A program made the position numbers and the translations under genes. A stretch of 64,000 nucleotides of DNA from positions 230,065-294,064 of the forward strand of contig PDIP01000026.1 in assembly GCA_002811645.1 (NCBI GenBank), in the 5' to 3' direction. This document shows positions 22,683 through 34,996 of this stretch, piece after piece. Within the stretch, counting starts at the first letter, position 1. Every line of letters begins with the position of its first letter. The notes beneath the pieces are model-generated. The model made no database searches. It saw nothing but the letters and a program-made list of their open reading frames with translations, and had not been told where the DNA came from. Source of the DNA: Corallochytrium limacisporum Hawaii (taxonomy: Eukaryota > Protista > Pluriformea).

Positions 22683-24395
22683 TTACGGGGCAGCTGGACG
22701 GTCTTGTGCATGGTCCGAGTACACCTGGGTCCGCGCCTCCGGGTGAGCCGGGCTGGTTTCGCGCTGATGGTTGCTGATCTGAAGATATCCGCCGGAGCGG
22801 CCATGAAGCGGTGCTGTGCTGGGCGTTACGGAGTAGTACCGGGTTTCCTCGGTCTCATTGTTATTGCCGCTCGCGGTCATGGCCGCGGCGTCGGCATAAC
22901 CGTAGGTGCTGTCAGTCTGTTCGTAGATGGGCTCGCTGGTGGGTGACATTGCGACCGGAGCAGGCACGTCTGGCAGTTCACGCTGGGCCATCACAGAAGT
23001 GTGACTGCTGTCATTTGGCAGGTCAGAGATCTCGCTCGTCGTGCCTCGGGTTTGCAGCACCGGCGAAGCGCCACCTGAAGAGGAGCTGTTGCCGGTGGAT
23101 ACTAGTACGCTGTCACCTCTTGCGCCAGCCGCAGCCGCGCCACCAGCGGCTGTGCCAGCGCTCGTTGTACCAAGCATTCCCTTCGGGTTGGCATAGCCAT
23201 CTGTGTCACTGTCCACTATGGGCAACTCACTAGTGGCATTGTTGCGTGCCTTGCGACGGCGATGGTACACAAAGCCTCCCGTTAGAAGGGCCAGTGCAGC
23301 CACACCGGCAACAATACCCGCAATCATTCCTACATTTGTGCTGCTGCCGCTGTTATCCGGCTGTCCGTTGCCCCCTGTACCGCCGCCTCCGCACGAGGAC
23401 GTCACTTCACACTCTTCGCTCTGTTTGGTGGAGGGGCAAGTGCTCGCATCGCCTGAAGTCAGTGTGCGTGTGCGAGTATGCGTTCCAATGCTGTCACATC
23501 CACCACTGCCTGTGCACGTCGACCACCCACTCCATTCAGAAAATGTACAGTTGGCGCACGGAGAAGTGTTGCAGGTCTGGGATTCGACCCTGGTGGGGCA
23601 CTCCTCGCCACCGGTCTTGGGCTCCTGAACGATGGAACGGGTTCGAGTCTGCGTGCCACCCGCACACTCAGCACTGCAGTCACTCCATTCACTCCAGTTG
23701 CCCATTTCACAGTTTGTTGCCACCTCTGGCACCCATTCCCACTCCAGGTAGGTCAGTTCGGTATTCTTACCAACTGTGATCTCTTTACCATCATACTGAA
23801 GGTAGTAATCATTGTTACGTGTCGTCCCCGGAAAGGCTGATGAATAGAGAAACAAATAGTCGTAGTAACTCTGACCATAGGTCCAAGTGGCATAGTCACC
23901 TGTGCAGTCTGAGGTAAAGGATAGAGTAGTGTTGTCTGTCTGGTCCAACGTCAAGCAATACCGATCGACATTATCGTAGAGTGTCTTTGTGCCGACCGGG
24001 TAAAGAAAGAGGACGGCATCACTACCTGAGCAAGGTCCCATGTATGCCATGTTATTTTTGTCCCGAGAAATGCAATAACCATTGCTCGTATGCTTGATAT
24101 ATGTGGTGAAATCTGCACCTGTCTGAGAAGAACTCCAATACACACATGTGCCGTTGATGGAGTTGGGGACACTGGTGCTATAAGTATTGTCACACTTCAG
24201 ATTCTGCTCGCATATGGCCACGTCTGCATTACAGTACGAGTCCAGAGTCTGGTAGTCCACGCAGGTGCCCGGAGCGCCATAGATGGGACAGAACTGGCCG
24301 TCACCACAGTCTGCTTGAGAGTAGCAGTCTGTTCCCAATGCAGCACCTGCCAGGGTGGCCACCACTGCTACTGCGATCACTGGAATAGGCGTCAT
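22683..24395 (-). CDS. Type I membrane protein: signal peptide, 8-Cys module, ricin-B-like beta-trefoil, 2x TSP1, TM, Tyr-rich disordered tail
   Basis: Hydrophobic N-terminus; WSEWSDCSAECAGGTQTRTR and FSEWSGWSTC...TRTR TSP1 repeats; GYCIS/RYCLT repeats typical of beta-trefoil lectins; TM VGMIAGIVAGVAALALLTGGFVY followed by HRRRK. Confidence 0.85.
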   Translation of the reverse strand: MTPIPVIAVAVVATLAGAALGTDCYSQADCGDGQFCPIYGAPGTCVDYQTLDSYCNADVAICEQNLKCDNTYSTSVPNSINGTCVYWSSSQTGADFTTYIKHTSNGYCISRDKNNMAYMGPCSGSDAVLFLYPVGTKTLYDNVDRYCLTLDQTDNTTLSFTSDCTGDYATWTYGQSYYDYLFLYSSAFPGTTRNNDYYLQYDGKEITVGKNTELTYLEWEWVPEVATNCEMGNWSEWSDCSAECAGGTQTRTRSIVQEPKTGGEECPTRVESQTCNTSPCANCTFSEWSGWSTCTGSGGCDSIGTHTRTRTLTSGDASTCPSTKQSEECEVTSSCGGGGTGGNGQPDNSGSSTNVGMIAGIVAGVAALALLTGGFVYHRRRKARNNATSELPIVDSDTDGYANPKGMLGTTSAGTAAGGAAAAGARGDSVLVSTGNSSSSGGASPVLQTRGTTSEISDLPNDSSHTSVMAQRELPDVPAPVAMSPTSEPIYEQTDSTYGYADAAAMTASGNNNETEETRYYSVTPSTAPLHGRSGGYLQISNHQRETSPAHPEARTQVYSDHAQDRPAAP

Positions 24396-25271
24396 TTATC
24401 CTATGTATTGACTGCTTGCGATACGATTACTCTAATTCAGTTCATAAATTATTCTTAATTGGTGATGATCGTGGTTGCTCGCTTCCGTATTAGTACGGCA
24501 GATCTAATGACGGTACAATAAGCATCTCCAGGACCCTTGAGTACCTTTGGATCAGAGATGCTGAATGCATCGGGTATGCGCGGCAATACTTTGACATTCT
24601 GTCTGTGTGAATCCGTATGAAACCAAAAAAACAGCTGCAGTTCCGCTACGTGGGTACCTCGAAACTGTGAACCTATCGTTTGCAACAAGAGCACAGTTCC
24701 CCCTTTCCCCCTTCCCCCTTCCCCTTCCCCTCCACGCCGCGCAATGGAGCGCTGAGCAGCACCTACCCTACTCCTCCAGTGTACCCCTCGGGTAACCATT
24801 CACTCCAGTTTTTGGTACCCAGTGAACCTCTACCAAATACACTACCGGCCGAGCCGCTCGCGTTATTTTGTATGCGCCGGGGTTGGCCTCCCCCTCTCCT
24901 TCGGCCTCGGGATCTCTGCTCCTGCGCGCAGAGAACAGAGCGAACCCGGGCGGGTTGGGGGTTTTTGTTTTTTTGGCTTTTCTTTCTTGGAGAATTTATA
25001 AAATAAAAGGAGAAAATGGCAGAGAGAGATGGAGAGAGAGTTTGCAATTGCGTTGCGTTGGGTGTTAGGCCAGCCTTTTTCTACTCTTTTGCTTCCTTCT
25101 CGGTCCATATCTGGACACCCAGCCAGCCAAAGAGAACCAAGAAAAAGCACAGATGGGGATTTGAGAACTGATTCTGTCATTCATTTACTATACGAAAAAA
25201 GCCCTTCTCCAGTTTTCCAGATTCCTTTTTTTTTTGTATTTTGTCTAATGATTTTTCCTTGTGGCCGGCCA

Positions 25272-25482
25272 TTCCCCTCGTCCTCCCCCCCCCCCGGGGG
25301 GGGAGGAGGACNNNNNNNNNNNNNNNNNNNNNNNNNNNNNNNNNNNNNNNNNNNNNNNNNNNNNNNNNNNNNNNNNNNNNNNNNNNNNNNNNNNNNNNNN
25401 NNNNNNNNNNNNNNNNNNNNNNNNNNNNNNNNNNNNNNNNNNNNNNCCCCCCCCCCCCCGGGGGGGGAGGAGGACGAGGGAA
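25272..25482. repeat. GC-rich palindrome (ttcccctcgtcctc-Cn-Gn-aggaggacgagggaa) present on both sides of gap 25312-25446
   Basis: The same Cn-G8-aggaggac sequence occurs on each side of the gap, and the arms are near reverse complements. The duplication is probably an assembly artefact of one hairpin. Confidence 0.75.
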
Positions 25483-28400
25483 GGGGGGGGGGGTAAAATC
25501 ATCACAAACGACAAAAGAATCGAACTGGGTAAGGATGACACTGGGGGCAGAGTATGAAAGAAGAACTCATGTGCTTATGCAACAAGCAAAGAAAACCCTC
25601 CCCACCCCACACACACACACCACCTTCCCCTCCCTCCCCCCCTTCTCCTTTATTTCCTGCACCTGTGTCCACCCCCGTATTCATTATTCAGTATTGAATG
25701 TATTAAAATATACCGGTGCCCTGTCAATGGCACGATTAGATGTTGGTTGCGTCTTGGGGTGATGCGATGGGGTCTCTGTCGCCATTATCAAAATATATGG
25801 AAAACGGGGAAGGAGGGGTTGGGGTTGGGGTTGGGCGCATTCTTTAACAATCAAAAAAAATAAATAAAAAAACAGGAGCAACAGCAAACTCTCTCTCGCT
25901 CTCTGGTTCGCCCCGTTTGCCTCCCCCCCCCCCCCGGGGGGCCGATGGGGTTGTGGTCGGTGCGGAGCCTTCCCAACAAGATCTATACGTGTAGGTAACG
26001 ATTTCAGAATTAACATTCCTTGCCGTCAGTGTATTCTCTTTTTTCTTTCTTTCTCTCTGTCTGTTCTCTCTCCCTTTATATCAGCAGCGCACTGGTCAAG
26101 CTCTTCCCCCGGCCTCCCCGGGGAGCGGTGGTGGCCACTGTCCTGCTTTACGCACCCTTCTCCAGGCCGAAGGGAAAACACCAAAGAAAGAACCCGGGAA
26201 GAAGGGGGGGGAGAGGGGAAGAGCCATTCCTCAACAATGGCAAGCGAAAGAAATAAAAAAGAAGAAAAAGGAAAAGAGACAAGCACGAAGAGCCACAATG
26301 AAAAGCGAAAGCCAATGCCGCTCCTTTGCACACGCGACAGAACGCAAAGCATCTCCCCCGGTACGCGCCCACCACAGAGAGGAGGAACCAATGGGTAGGG
26401 CGTATCATATCATCGCGTTCACATACGGTAAGAACCGTTGTTTTTCTTTCTCTGTCGCACATGCTGGGGATTCGCAATGGGCACGGGCACATGGAGCCAC
26501 AAGGATCTTTAGTGCCCACCGTGGATGCGGGGCAGAGGCGCCAGCCAGCGGGGGTGGATGGTGGTGGTGGAAGCAGCTACTGCCTTACTGGGCAACGAAC
26601 GCTCTACTTTCGTGCCCTCCCACTTTTTTTGCCTCTCCTACTGTCCTTACATTTACTATGAAATTCAAACACCGGCGACAGCAAATGCAGGAAAGGGGGG
26701 GGGGGAGGAGGAAAAGAGACCCCCTAGGCAGGGGAGGGGTGCTTCCGCCTATGTTTTCTATGTTTTGTTGATTTCGGCGCGGTTGTTCAACAGAGAAAAA
26801 GAAAAAGGCCCCCGGGGACTACCCTACCCCTACGCTTCCCCTCTCCCCCAACGCAGCACGCACACGGGGCAAACACCACGACCACTTTTCATTTCACCCG
26901 CTGCCACTAAGTATTTCCGGGTGAAGGAAGAGAGGGGTTACGAGGGAGAGAGATTTCTCGGTTTATTCGATTTACTGTCTTTGTTTTTTTTTTACTCTAA
27001 TTTTTCGGTGCGCGGGCTGTTGAAATAGAAACGAAATAACGCAGGAAGGTTGGGTTGCTCCAAAAAAAACTCCCTTATAGCCCAAAAGGCTTAAGTACCC
27101 AGTCTGGGTGTAGCGCAACAGGAAAAACGGTGTAGGGGGTTAAATAGAAAAGAATACTTTTGTCCCGTCTCTATTAAACGTACTGTCAGGTGGATCGCGG
27201 TTTTTCTTTCTATTTCTCTGCTATTTTGGGTCTACTAAGACTTTTTCGTTTACGCGGAAGTTTCCACGAAAACTAACGCGTACACACCCGCACTCACCAG
27301 GGTCTACCGCGAGAGGGAGAGCCAGGGAGTGGGGGGGGGGGAGGAGGGGAGAGGGAGGGAGAAGAGGAGCACAGAGCGAGAGAATGGAACGAAGACAGGT
27401 GCCAGCTGAATTTTGGCTGTAACTCACTACCCACTGTGGCACACAATAGCCCAGAACATAGTGAACGTGCTGCTGGTTGGTAGAAATTTGGACCGCTTGT
27501 TATTTTTTTGATTTGGCAGACAAAGCAAAAAACAAAAAATGAAATTACACGGGACACCGAAAGGGGTTTGTTCAGTATTACTTGGCTGGACTACTAAGTG
27601 GTGTCACCAAAAAAGGCAGGGATTACCAGCGCGCACAAGACGCGTCCCCCGCCCCGGGGACGAGCCCGGGGGTAGCCCCCCCCCCCTTGTGTTTTTTTTT
27701 TTGGGTTCCTGGTTTTCGTTTTTTGTAGGATCTTTCATAGTTTTATTATGTAAATGTCCATCGCATCCAGGACAAGCGCCAAGTTTCTCTCTCTGTCTGC
27801 GGTGGAAGAGATTTTTTTCCCCTTGGGTCTGCATTGGTAGAAAAACCAAAAAGCGGGACCCGCGCCGTGTGCTTCCCCGGCAGCCGTTCTGGACCGCACT
27901 TGCCTGCACCGACCAAAAAGCAAATGCTTCTCCGTGTTGTTCATGTGTGCATTCGCCACAAAACAACTGCGGCCGTGTCGCAAGAACTGAACTGTACGCG
28001 CATCATAAGCTTAGAAATATTTTTGAACTATACAATGCTGCAGAACATGGTAAGAGAATGGACATGCCTTGATGGATGATGCTAGTCACACGTGTGGATC
28101 CCGGGGTTTGAGGGTCGGAGGGTAAGGTTTGGGTAGGTAGCTGGTGCTCAGTTCCCTCTTTTGCTCCATTCCACAGACGATTTTGCCAAAAGGAAAATAT
28201 AAACCTCGAGTCCAGCAAAACCGGACCCGCAAGGACGGTTCCATGCTACCTTCCTCCTGCCAGTACTAGGCAGTAAGTCAGCAAAGCGTAGGGAGCAAAA
28301 AAAAATTCCTGAGAGTGGGCACGCAATGATACTTGCGTTGTGGTGGAATATGCGTCGCGACGCTGCGAGTCCGTAGAGACGGCATCTGCGGGTGTGTTAC

Positions 28401-31400
28401 TTCCAAGGTCTGAGTTGGAGAAGCAATTGGTTAGGAAGTAAAGGTGTGCCACACATGACCATCAACATAGAGAGAGACAGATGTGTGTGTGTGTGTGTGT
28501 AACCGAAGTAGCCAGCTCAGCAAACTACATATTGAACGAAACGGAATGATGGTGACGATCATGGGCTGGTACATCTTTGCCGTAGCCCATGGCGTTTTGA
28601 CAGTGAGGGATGTGTCCTGCCCTGCCGTTCCTTGCCAGAAGACCCACCGGACAGTAAAGTACACCGTGCCTTGCTACCGTCAATGACATGCTGGAACCTG
28701 CTCTATTCTTCTTCTTCTTGGGTGTAAGGTGGTTATCTGACCGCAGTGTTGCATGTCTGAGGAGAGGAGTGAGGTGCTCACTGCGGGTGTGATATCAACG
28801 CCTTCCGGAAGCAGAGATCTTCCAACATCTACGAAAATGATCACAGCGCGCCCGTAAGTTTTTCTCTTCCCTGTGGCTACTAACAGCGAATTTTGATACG
28901 CAGATAATGAAGTCCTGTGGAATGCTTGTGCTCTTCTAACTTTTGCTTGTAGCAGCAGCCATTTACTTCTCCATTTCCTAAGAACATGACGGGTTGATAT
29001 TGCTGGTTCCTCTGTGTAAATTGATGTCACTCTGCAGCAGATTTTTTTTTTCCTTTCCTGCTCTTTGGTAGAGTTTTCAGTAAAAACGTGGCGGGAGACG
29101 AGGCGAGGGATTATCCTCTTTACGAGGGCGGGGGGACGGGGGGGATCGAATGGAGTGGATGTGGGCCAATATTCGATCTGGCCGGTTTCGGCTGATAACT
29201 ATGACCGGCACAACCACTTCTCGTGTTCATAGTAATTACAGATAGCAGCAGTGGCCACTGGGGGACACAGCAGGTTTTGAAACTTCTTCCTACTTTTTGC
29301 TGTCAAGGAGGGGCTTTGAGTCGACAGCACAGGCAGAGAGTTTGCCGCTCAAAACCCAATGAATCCCGGTAATTACGCGAAATAGATGCCGTGCACGCGA
29401 TTATGCTCTTAGAGACGGCGGGCCGGGGTTCCTAGTAGTATCTCCTCCATCATTTCGCGTTCCTACTGTAGGGGCCCGTACCTCATGGGACTGCATCGAC
29501 CGACCTGCAGGCGCCGGGGGTGTTGTTTGGTCCTGGACATCTTCGTCAGTCCGTCAGCCTCCTTGATCTTTATAACAGTGTGAGGTCCTGGAAGCTAGTG
29601 CCTCCTTGTAGACTGTTATTCCTACAACCCCCGCACGGACCTGCAGAAGTTGTCATCCGCCATCGCACCAGTATTCGCCTTGAACGGTCAAAGTAAAGTC
29701 ACTTTATGGATACTTTACGTACTCACGTGTACCTGAACATGGAATGTCATCTGCAGTTGTGTTTGTCTTATATTCCTAAACCCATCCAAGAGCAGAGACA
29801 AGGACACCACACAGTAGTGTCATGGTACATGCCCATTTCTAATAGACCCGGGCGGCGGGTGCCGCCTTTCCAAGTTGGTTTCGCGCACCCCGGAGCCTGC
29901 AACCCGACTAGATGCGCACGGCGCTGTTGACATTGCGCAAGTAGCCCAGTCACTCTTGCAAACCACGCTCGTACTGCTGTTGCCCATCATTGATCCCGTC
30001 TTTCCGACAAAGTACAGGCCACATGGTTGGTATAGATCCATCCGAAGACTCAATGGGTTCATGAGAGAATAGGAGGTGATGCATCAGGGATGTGCCATTG
30101 ACCACCGTAGGACGTACTACTTGGGCGTGGCCATATTGAGATTGTTGTAATCGGTACAGATTCTGCAGATGTGAACATATCTTGACATGCACATGCTGGA
30201 ACTGCCAAGGTCTCTATTTTAGGTAATGGGAGTACCGTGGAAAAGCGTTTTAGGATGCCGTCCTATCCTACGGTCACCAAGGTGTACAAGTTCTTCTGAT
30301 TGGAGCCGCTATCTGGACCATCACAAGGGCAGCAAGTAAAAGATGGAGGATCACACGACAGCGATTGAATGAGCGTGCGACGCTGAGTTGAGACGATAGG
30401 AAGCCTTCCTGCACGGTCTCTAATGTGGAATACACTCTCCGAGGCCGTCTATGCTACCCCAAGGAAAGGCTGGTATTTTCGGTACGTCTTCCCCAGAAAG
30501 GGAGTGGCTCCCTAGGGCGAGATCTGTGCGCTGCCACTCTGCAGGGATTAGATTTCCCGGATCCGTTGTGTGTTGGATCCTGGTCGGTTGGCGCCCGGTT
30601 CAATAGTTTTGCGTCTGATTTGCAATATATTCAGTACCACGGTACTGAAAATCTGGCACCTGCCCCAATTGTGCTCGGGCAATCCAAATCAGGCAGGTTC
30701 AAATCACCCTCTCTGGTGAATACTTTGTCCGCTTGTCGCGGTTCTCAGGTTTTGGGCGGCGTTTCCAAATAGGCCCGCGGGTGGGCGCCGCTGACCACCA
30801 ACCGACAAATCTAACTGGGATATAGCTATCGGGTTGGCCTCTTTCCGTCGGGGGAAGACACAAACATCCTCGGTCAGTGATTTGCGATGGCCCCGTTCTC
30901 TTGTGTTCTCACTGTCACACACAATCACATGGTTTCGGGAATGTATAGCACTCGGTGTACAGCTCCAGATGTGTTGGTGCTCCCCTTTTCTATGCATGCT
31001 GATCAACAGCAGGAAACGCGCAGCGCAGGTGGGCGCCAGATTGTCGTTTTCTTCCACCCACGGTGTTACTTTCCTTGCAACTGGCGATCCTTTTTCTTGG
31101 CGTTCGGACGGGCATTGCGAAACTCTCGCACTGCTGCAGCGAGGTGCAAAACACTCCACCACAAAGGCGCAGTCCAAAATTCCTGTTCCCGGGCTCGCCA
31201 CCGGTTGGATATTCAAAGACTAAGCACGACTGAAACTGGACCGTTCCCTTGAAGCAATGACATCCTCCTCTATTCGCCTAAGAGTACGCAGAGCTGGCCA
31301 AAAGACTGCAAGCCCTCCTGGCTCAAACTGATACCACGTAGATCCCACCCTTTCAGAGTTGGGTGCGGTCCCGTCGTCTCCCGCTCCACCTACTTTTCGG

Positions 31401-33004
31401 TGTCTCTGGGCGAGAAGCCATTTCAGTGATTTCCCGCTTCGTCTGCAAAACTCGCAAGCTTGGGAGTGTGGTGGATCCCTACCCCATTGCAACATAGTCT
31501 CGCGATCGCAATCCTTGCGAACAGAACTATACAGAAATGTTTTTACTGCACCGGGGCAGCTCAAATCGCATCAGTGTGGCCTTTCTGCCAACTGTCCAAG
31601 ATCTGGGTACACAATTAATGAAAGACCATGCAAGCACGCCAACCACACAGCCCCCCCCCCCCTCCCTTTCTCTACAGATTTATTTGTCCGCCCGGGTTGG
31701 GTCACTTGTCAGTGTGGGATGGCACTATTACTGGTATTTGGAGTCCGGTGCCCAATAGTGCAAAGAGTGTGTGTGGCGAGCGCCGCTCTGCTCGTCCAAA
31801 AAAAAAAACAAAAGGGGAGAAGTACCTTTGCTCCCCCCCTCCTCTCACACACACATACACATTCTCTTGAACAAAAAGGTTTTTTTCCGCATGGTTCCAA
31901 GTAGTGTTTCATCATCCATTCATCCCCGCAAGTATTGATCGGGAAATCTAACTGGGGAGGAGGGGGGCCCCGGATATTGCGATGGCCCAGAAGGTAAAAA
32001 GGGCAAAAGGGGGCGGGGAGAGGGAGAGTAATAAATAACCAGGAGGATGATGACAAGATATACTGTCGAGATAAATTCATAGCCGGGGTAGAAAATCTAT
32101 TACCCATCCACCCATCGTATTGCATTACGCTCTTTGTCTTTCCCGTGGCGTTGCGTATTTTGTATGTGGGTCCCGACCAAAGTTGTGAGGAGGGGGAGGG
32201 GGGACTGGCTCTGTGCAGCGGCGACGACCCACTGCCAAGTAAAAAAAATAACTGACGGACGGGCATGGAAGAGCCGTATCAAATTTTGGTTGGTTGACAA
32301 AAAGCTTCTCTCTCAGACACTGTCTGACCCATGACCTGCCACTTTGGGAATGAGCCCTGCCGAATTCAACCCTCCAGAATTGGTGGGGATTCGAGACTGT
32401 CCGGGGTGCATCCCTACATTGACTATGGAGATGGAAGTATTGAAGATTTATTTTTGCTGCATTTTTTATTGTTGTTGTTTGTCCGTTTCGAGTTCACCAC
32501 AGGCGCGGTTTGGAATGTGGTGCACCAGAAGGGCAGGAAGCAGTAGTCAATGTACTAAAAAATTCTTTTCCGGCATAGTTCTGAACAGCCGGGTGTGGGC
32601 CAGACGCCCAGCCAAGCGAAACAGCGAACCCAAGGCCCTACGGTGGGAGATGCTAGTGGCTTGAGAACGTTACGTAGACACGCGTCAGCGCACGGGGATT
32701 GGGGTGTTACATCCCCCCTCCCCTCCCCCCCCAACTACTATCTCAACGTCATCATCAAGTCAACCACATGACCTTTTTTTTGGCACGACACAGGCGCGTA
32801 TCATTCATCAAGCGTGCAAGATATCGTCTTTGTCTTGCCAGTCCCCCCCCCCCCCCCCCTCTAGACAGAGCTAGGGGGTCATTTTTGCAATCGGTCATTC
32901 CAAGAAATTGAGAGTGGTTGGGTGGGCCCAGGGGAGGGGGAGAGAGGGGGTTGGACTACGCGCGGTTGTGTCTCCTGCCATCCCCGCCATATGTTTCTTC
33001 GCAT

Positions 33005-33043
33005 GCGTGTGTGTGTGTGTGTGCGTGTGTGTGCGTGTGTGTG
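33005..33043. repeat. Imperfect (GT)n microsatellite
   Basis: Directly visible. Confidence 0.85.
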
Positions 33044-33949
33044 ATGCAGTCGCATATCGCGTTGGTGTCCCCGCCCCACCTGTGGGGGGAAGGCAAAGAG
33101 GAGAGGGACATTACGCACCTTGAAGCTATTCTTGGAAAAGAAATCCAGTAGCCCTACCCGCTTTCCGTCGGCCTGCCTGCCTCCCCCCCCCCTTCGTTTC
33201 GTTTCGGTGTTCGTAACGCTGGTACGAATGGCCGGTGCGTTCCCGTGCGCGAGTGCGTTCCTGGGAGTATTCATTACTCGATATACGAAGGAGTGATTGT
33301 GATCCACTTATTTAGTAGCCAAATAACACACCTCAAGAACAAAATGTACTGAACAGATGTATACGTACGCCCGCGATTATACGGTGGGGTAACGATGAGA
33401 TGGCCAAGTCACATTTTTTTCTCCTCGCACTTTTTAAAAAAATTATTAACGCCTGAGAGCACTCGCCGATGATATAGTCCAGAAGCAAGCCACCGATACC
33501 ACAAACAGATTGAGGACGCATACGGCATATGTATAGACTCTGGTTGTGTGGGGGGGAGAGTTTTCGGTTATCTTGGGGGAGAGAGGAAGAGAGGGTGGGA
33601 GAACCTTTTACGAGAGAAGAAGAAAAAAAACAATTGAAAAATTCACGAAACCCGCCTTGGCTGGAGCAATGGTCATCTCCGGCGGATAGATCCCTTAACG
33701 GCTGGCTACACGCTCCCGTCTTCTCTTGCCGGCGGCTTTGAGGAAACGAGGCTTTGAGTTTCAAAAGTGGGAGAGAGACATCCGAAGAAGGGTAAAGAAA
33801 ACGAAAGAAAGATCAGAAAATGAAAGAGAGAGAGGGAGAAAGAATGGGAAAAAAACCCGGGAAAGTGAGAGAGCGAGCCCGACGGGGTGAGGAGAAAAGG
33901 AAGGTGGGTAATCTCTACGGGAAAGAGTTGGATGTACGGTTCGCAAAAC

Positions 33950-34046
33950 GAAGGAGGAGGAGGAGGAGGGGGGGGGGATAGGGGCGACAGAGGGCACAGA
34001 GAGAGAGTGAGAGAGAGAGAGAGAGGGGGGGAAGAGAGAGAGAGAG
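33950..34046. repeat. Purine-rich (GGA)n/(GA)n tract
   Basis: Directly visible, about 0.95 kb upstream of the FG-GAP gene. Confidence 0.85.
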
Positions 34047-34996
34047 TTGTCTGGGTTCTACTGAGAGGGAGGGCCGGCCGGGAAATAGAGAGAGCTTAGG
34101 AGATAATTACATTGAACAGGCAGGTACTATCGGTATACTGAGCGAGGGTGGCTGACTAGGGATCGTATCGGTGGACCAGTCCTGTGGGAGAGAAAGGTGA
34201 CAAGTAGCTCTGACATGAACGGGAAGCAGGGGTACGACCGAGAAAATATTTTCTTTCGGCCAAAAAGCCAATTCCTTTGGAGGAATTCGAACGAAAGAGA
34301 TTCTCTCATATAAGAAGTATGGAAAATTGGACCTTGTAACCGTGAAGATTGTATGGGACATAGTAAGAGTCTCTAGCACAGCCGAAAAATGTGATGATTT
34401 GCAGCAATGGAAGTATTGAAGGGAGATCACTTGGGGGTTGTGTACGGCGAGTATATTCGAAACGCAGAGGCTTTCCGCGTACGGTACATGGAAAGGGATA
34501 AATCTGCCACTGATTTAGTATACAATTCATCAGGCAAACCGAGGAGGAGGGGATGCCGTTTGGCCACGCGAGAAGCCCCTGGCGTTCGAGTGCCTCGCAT
34601 GAACACTGAACAGGTCACAGATTCACAGACGAGCGGTCACAATGTTGCCAAAGATGTGTCGTTTGATGGTGCTCTGGGGCGTTGTTCCGGATTGGTCATG
34701 GACCAGTTTTCGTATTCACTATCTTATGTGCCAATTGATGTCTGATGGGTGGACCCTTCTGCAGAGGGTATAAGGGAAATTGATCTTGGTCCCGTTGGTA
34801 TTGTGGTACAGTGACGCACCCGGCGTGATCAAACTGCGACACAATTAAACTTGACATGAAGACAAACCCATTGGAGTAAGTTGAAGGCATTGATCCGGGT
34901 AAGCTTATCGCGGGCATTGAATCTATTTATTAGAGCATAGGTTAAGTGTGGGATCATCCAGACTACATACACATACACAACAAGGCAGAAAGCACC

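Noticed and set aside
25272-25482. MITE or tandem duplication around the gap
   Set aside because: Identical flanks are best explained as one hairpin that broke the assembly; no target-site duplication or second copy seen.
29463-29540. Minus-strand MSRTKQ... resembling the histone H3 N-terminus
   Set aside because: Similarity ends after six residues and a stop follows at 25 aa; no histone fold.
34407-34745. 112 aa ATG-initiated ORF upstream of the FG-GAP gene
   Set aside because: No recognisable motif or signal peptide; may be a uORF but cannot be supported.
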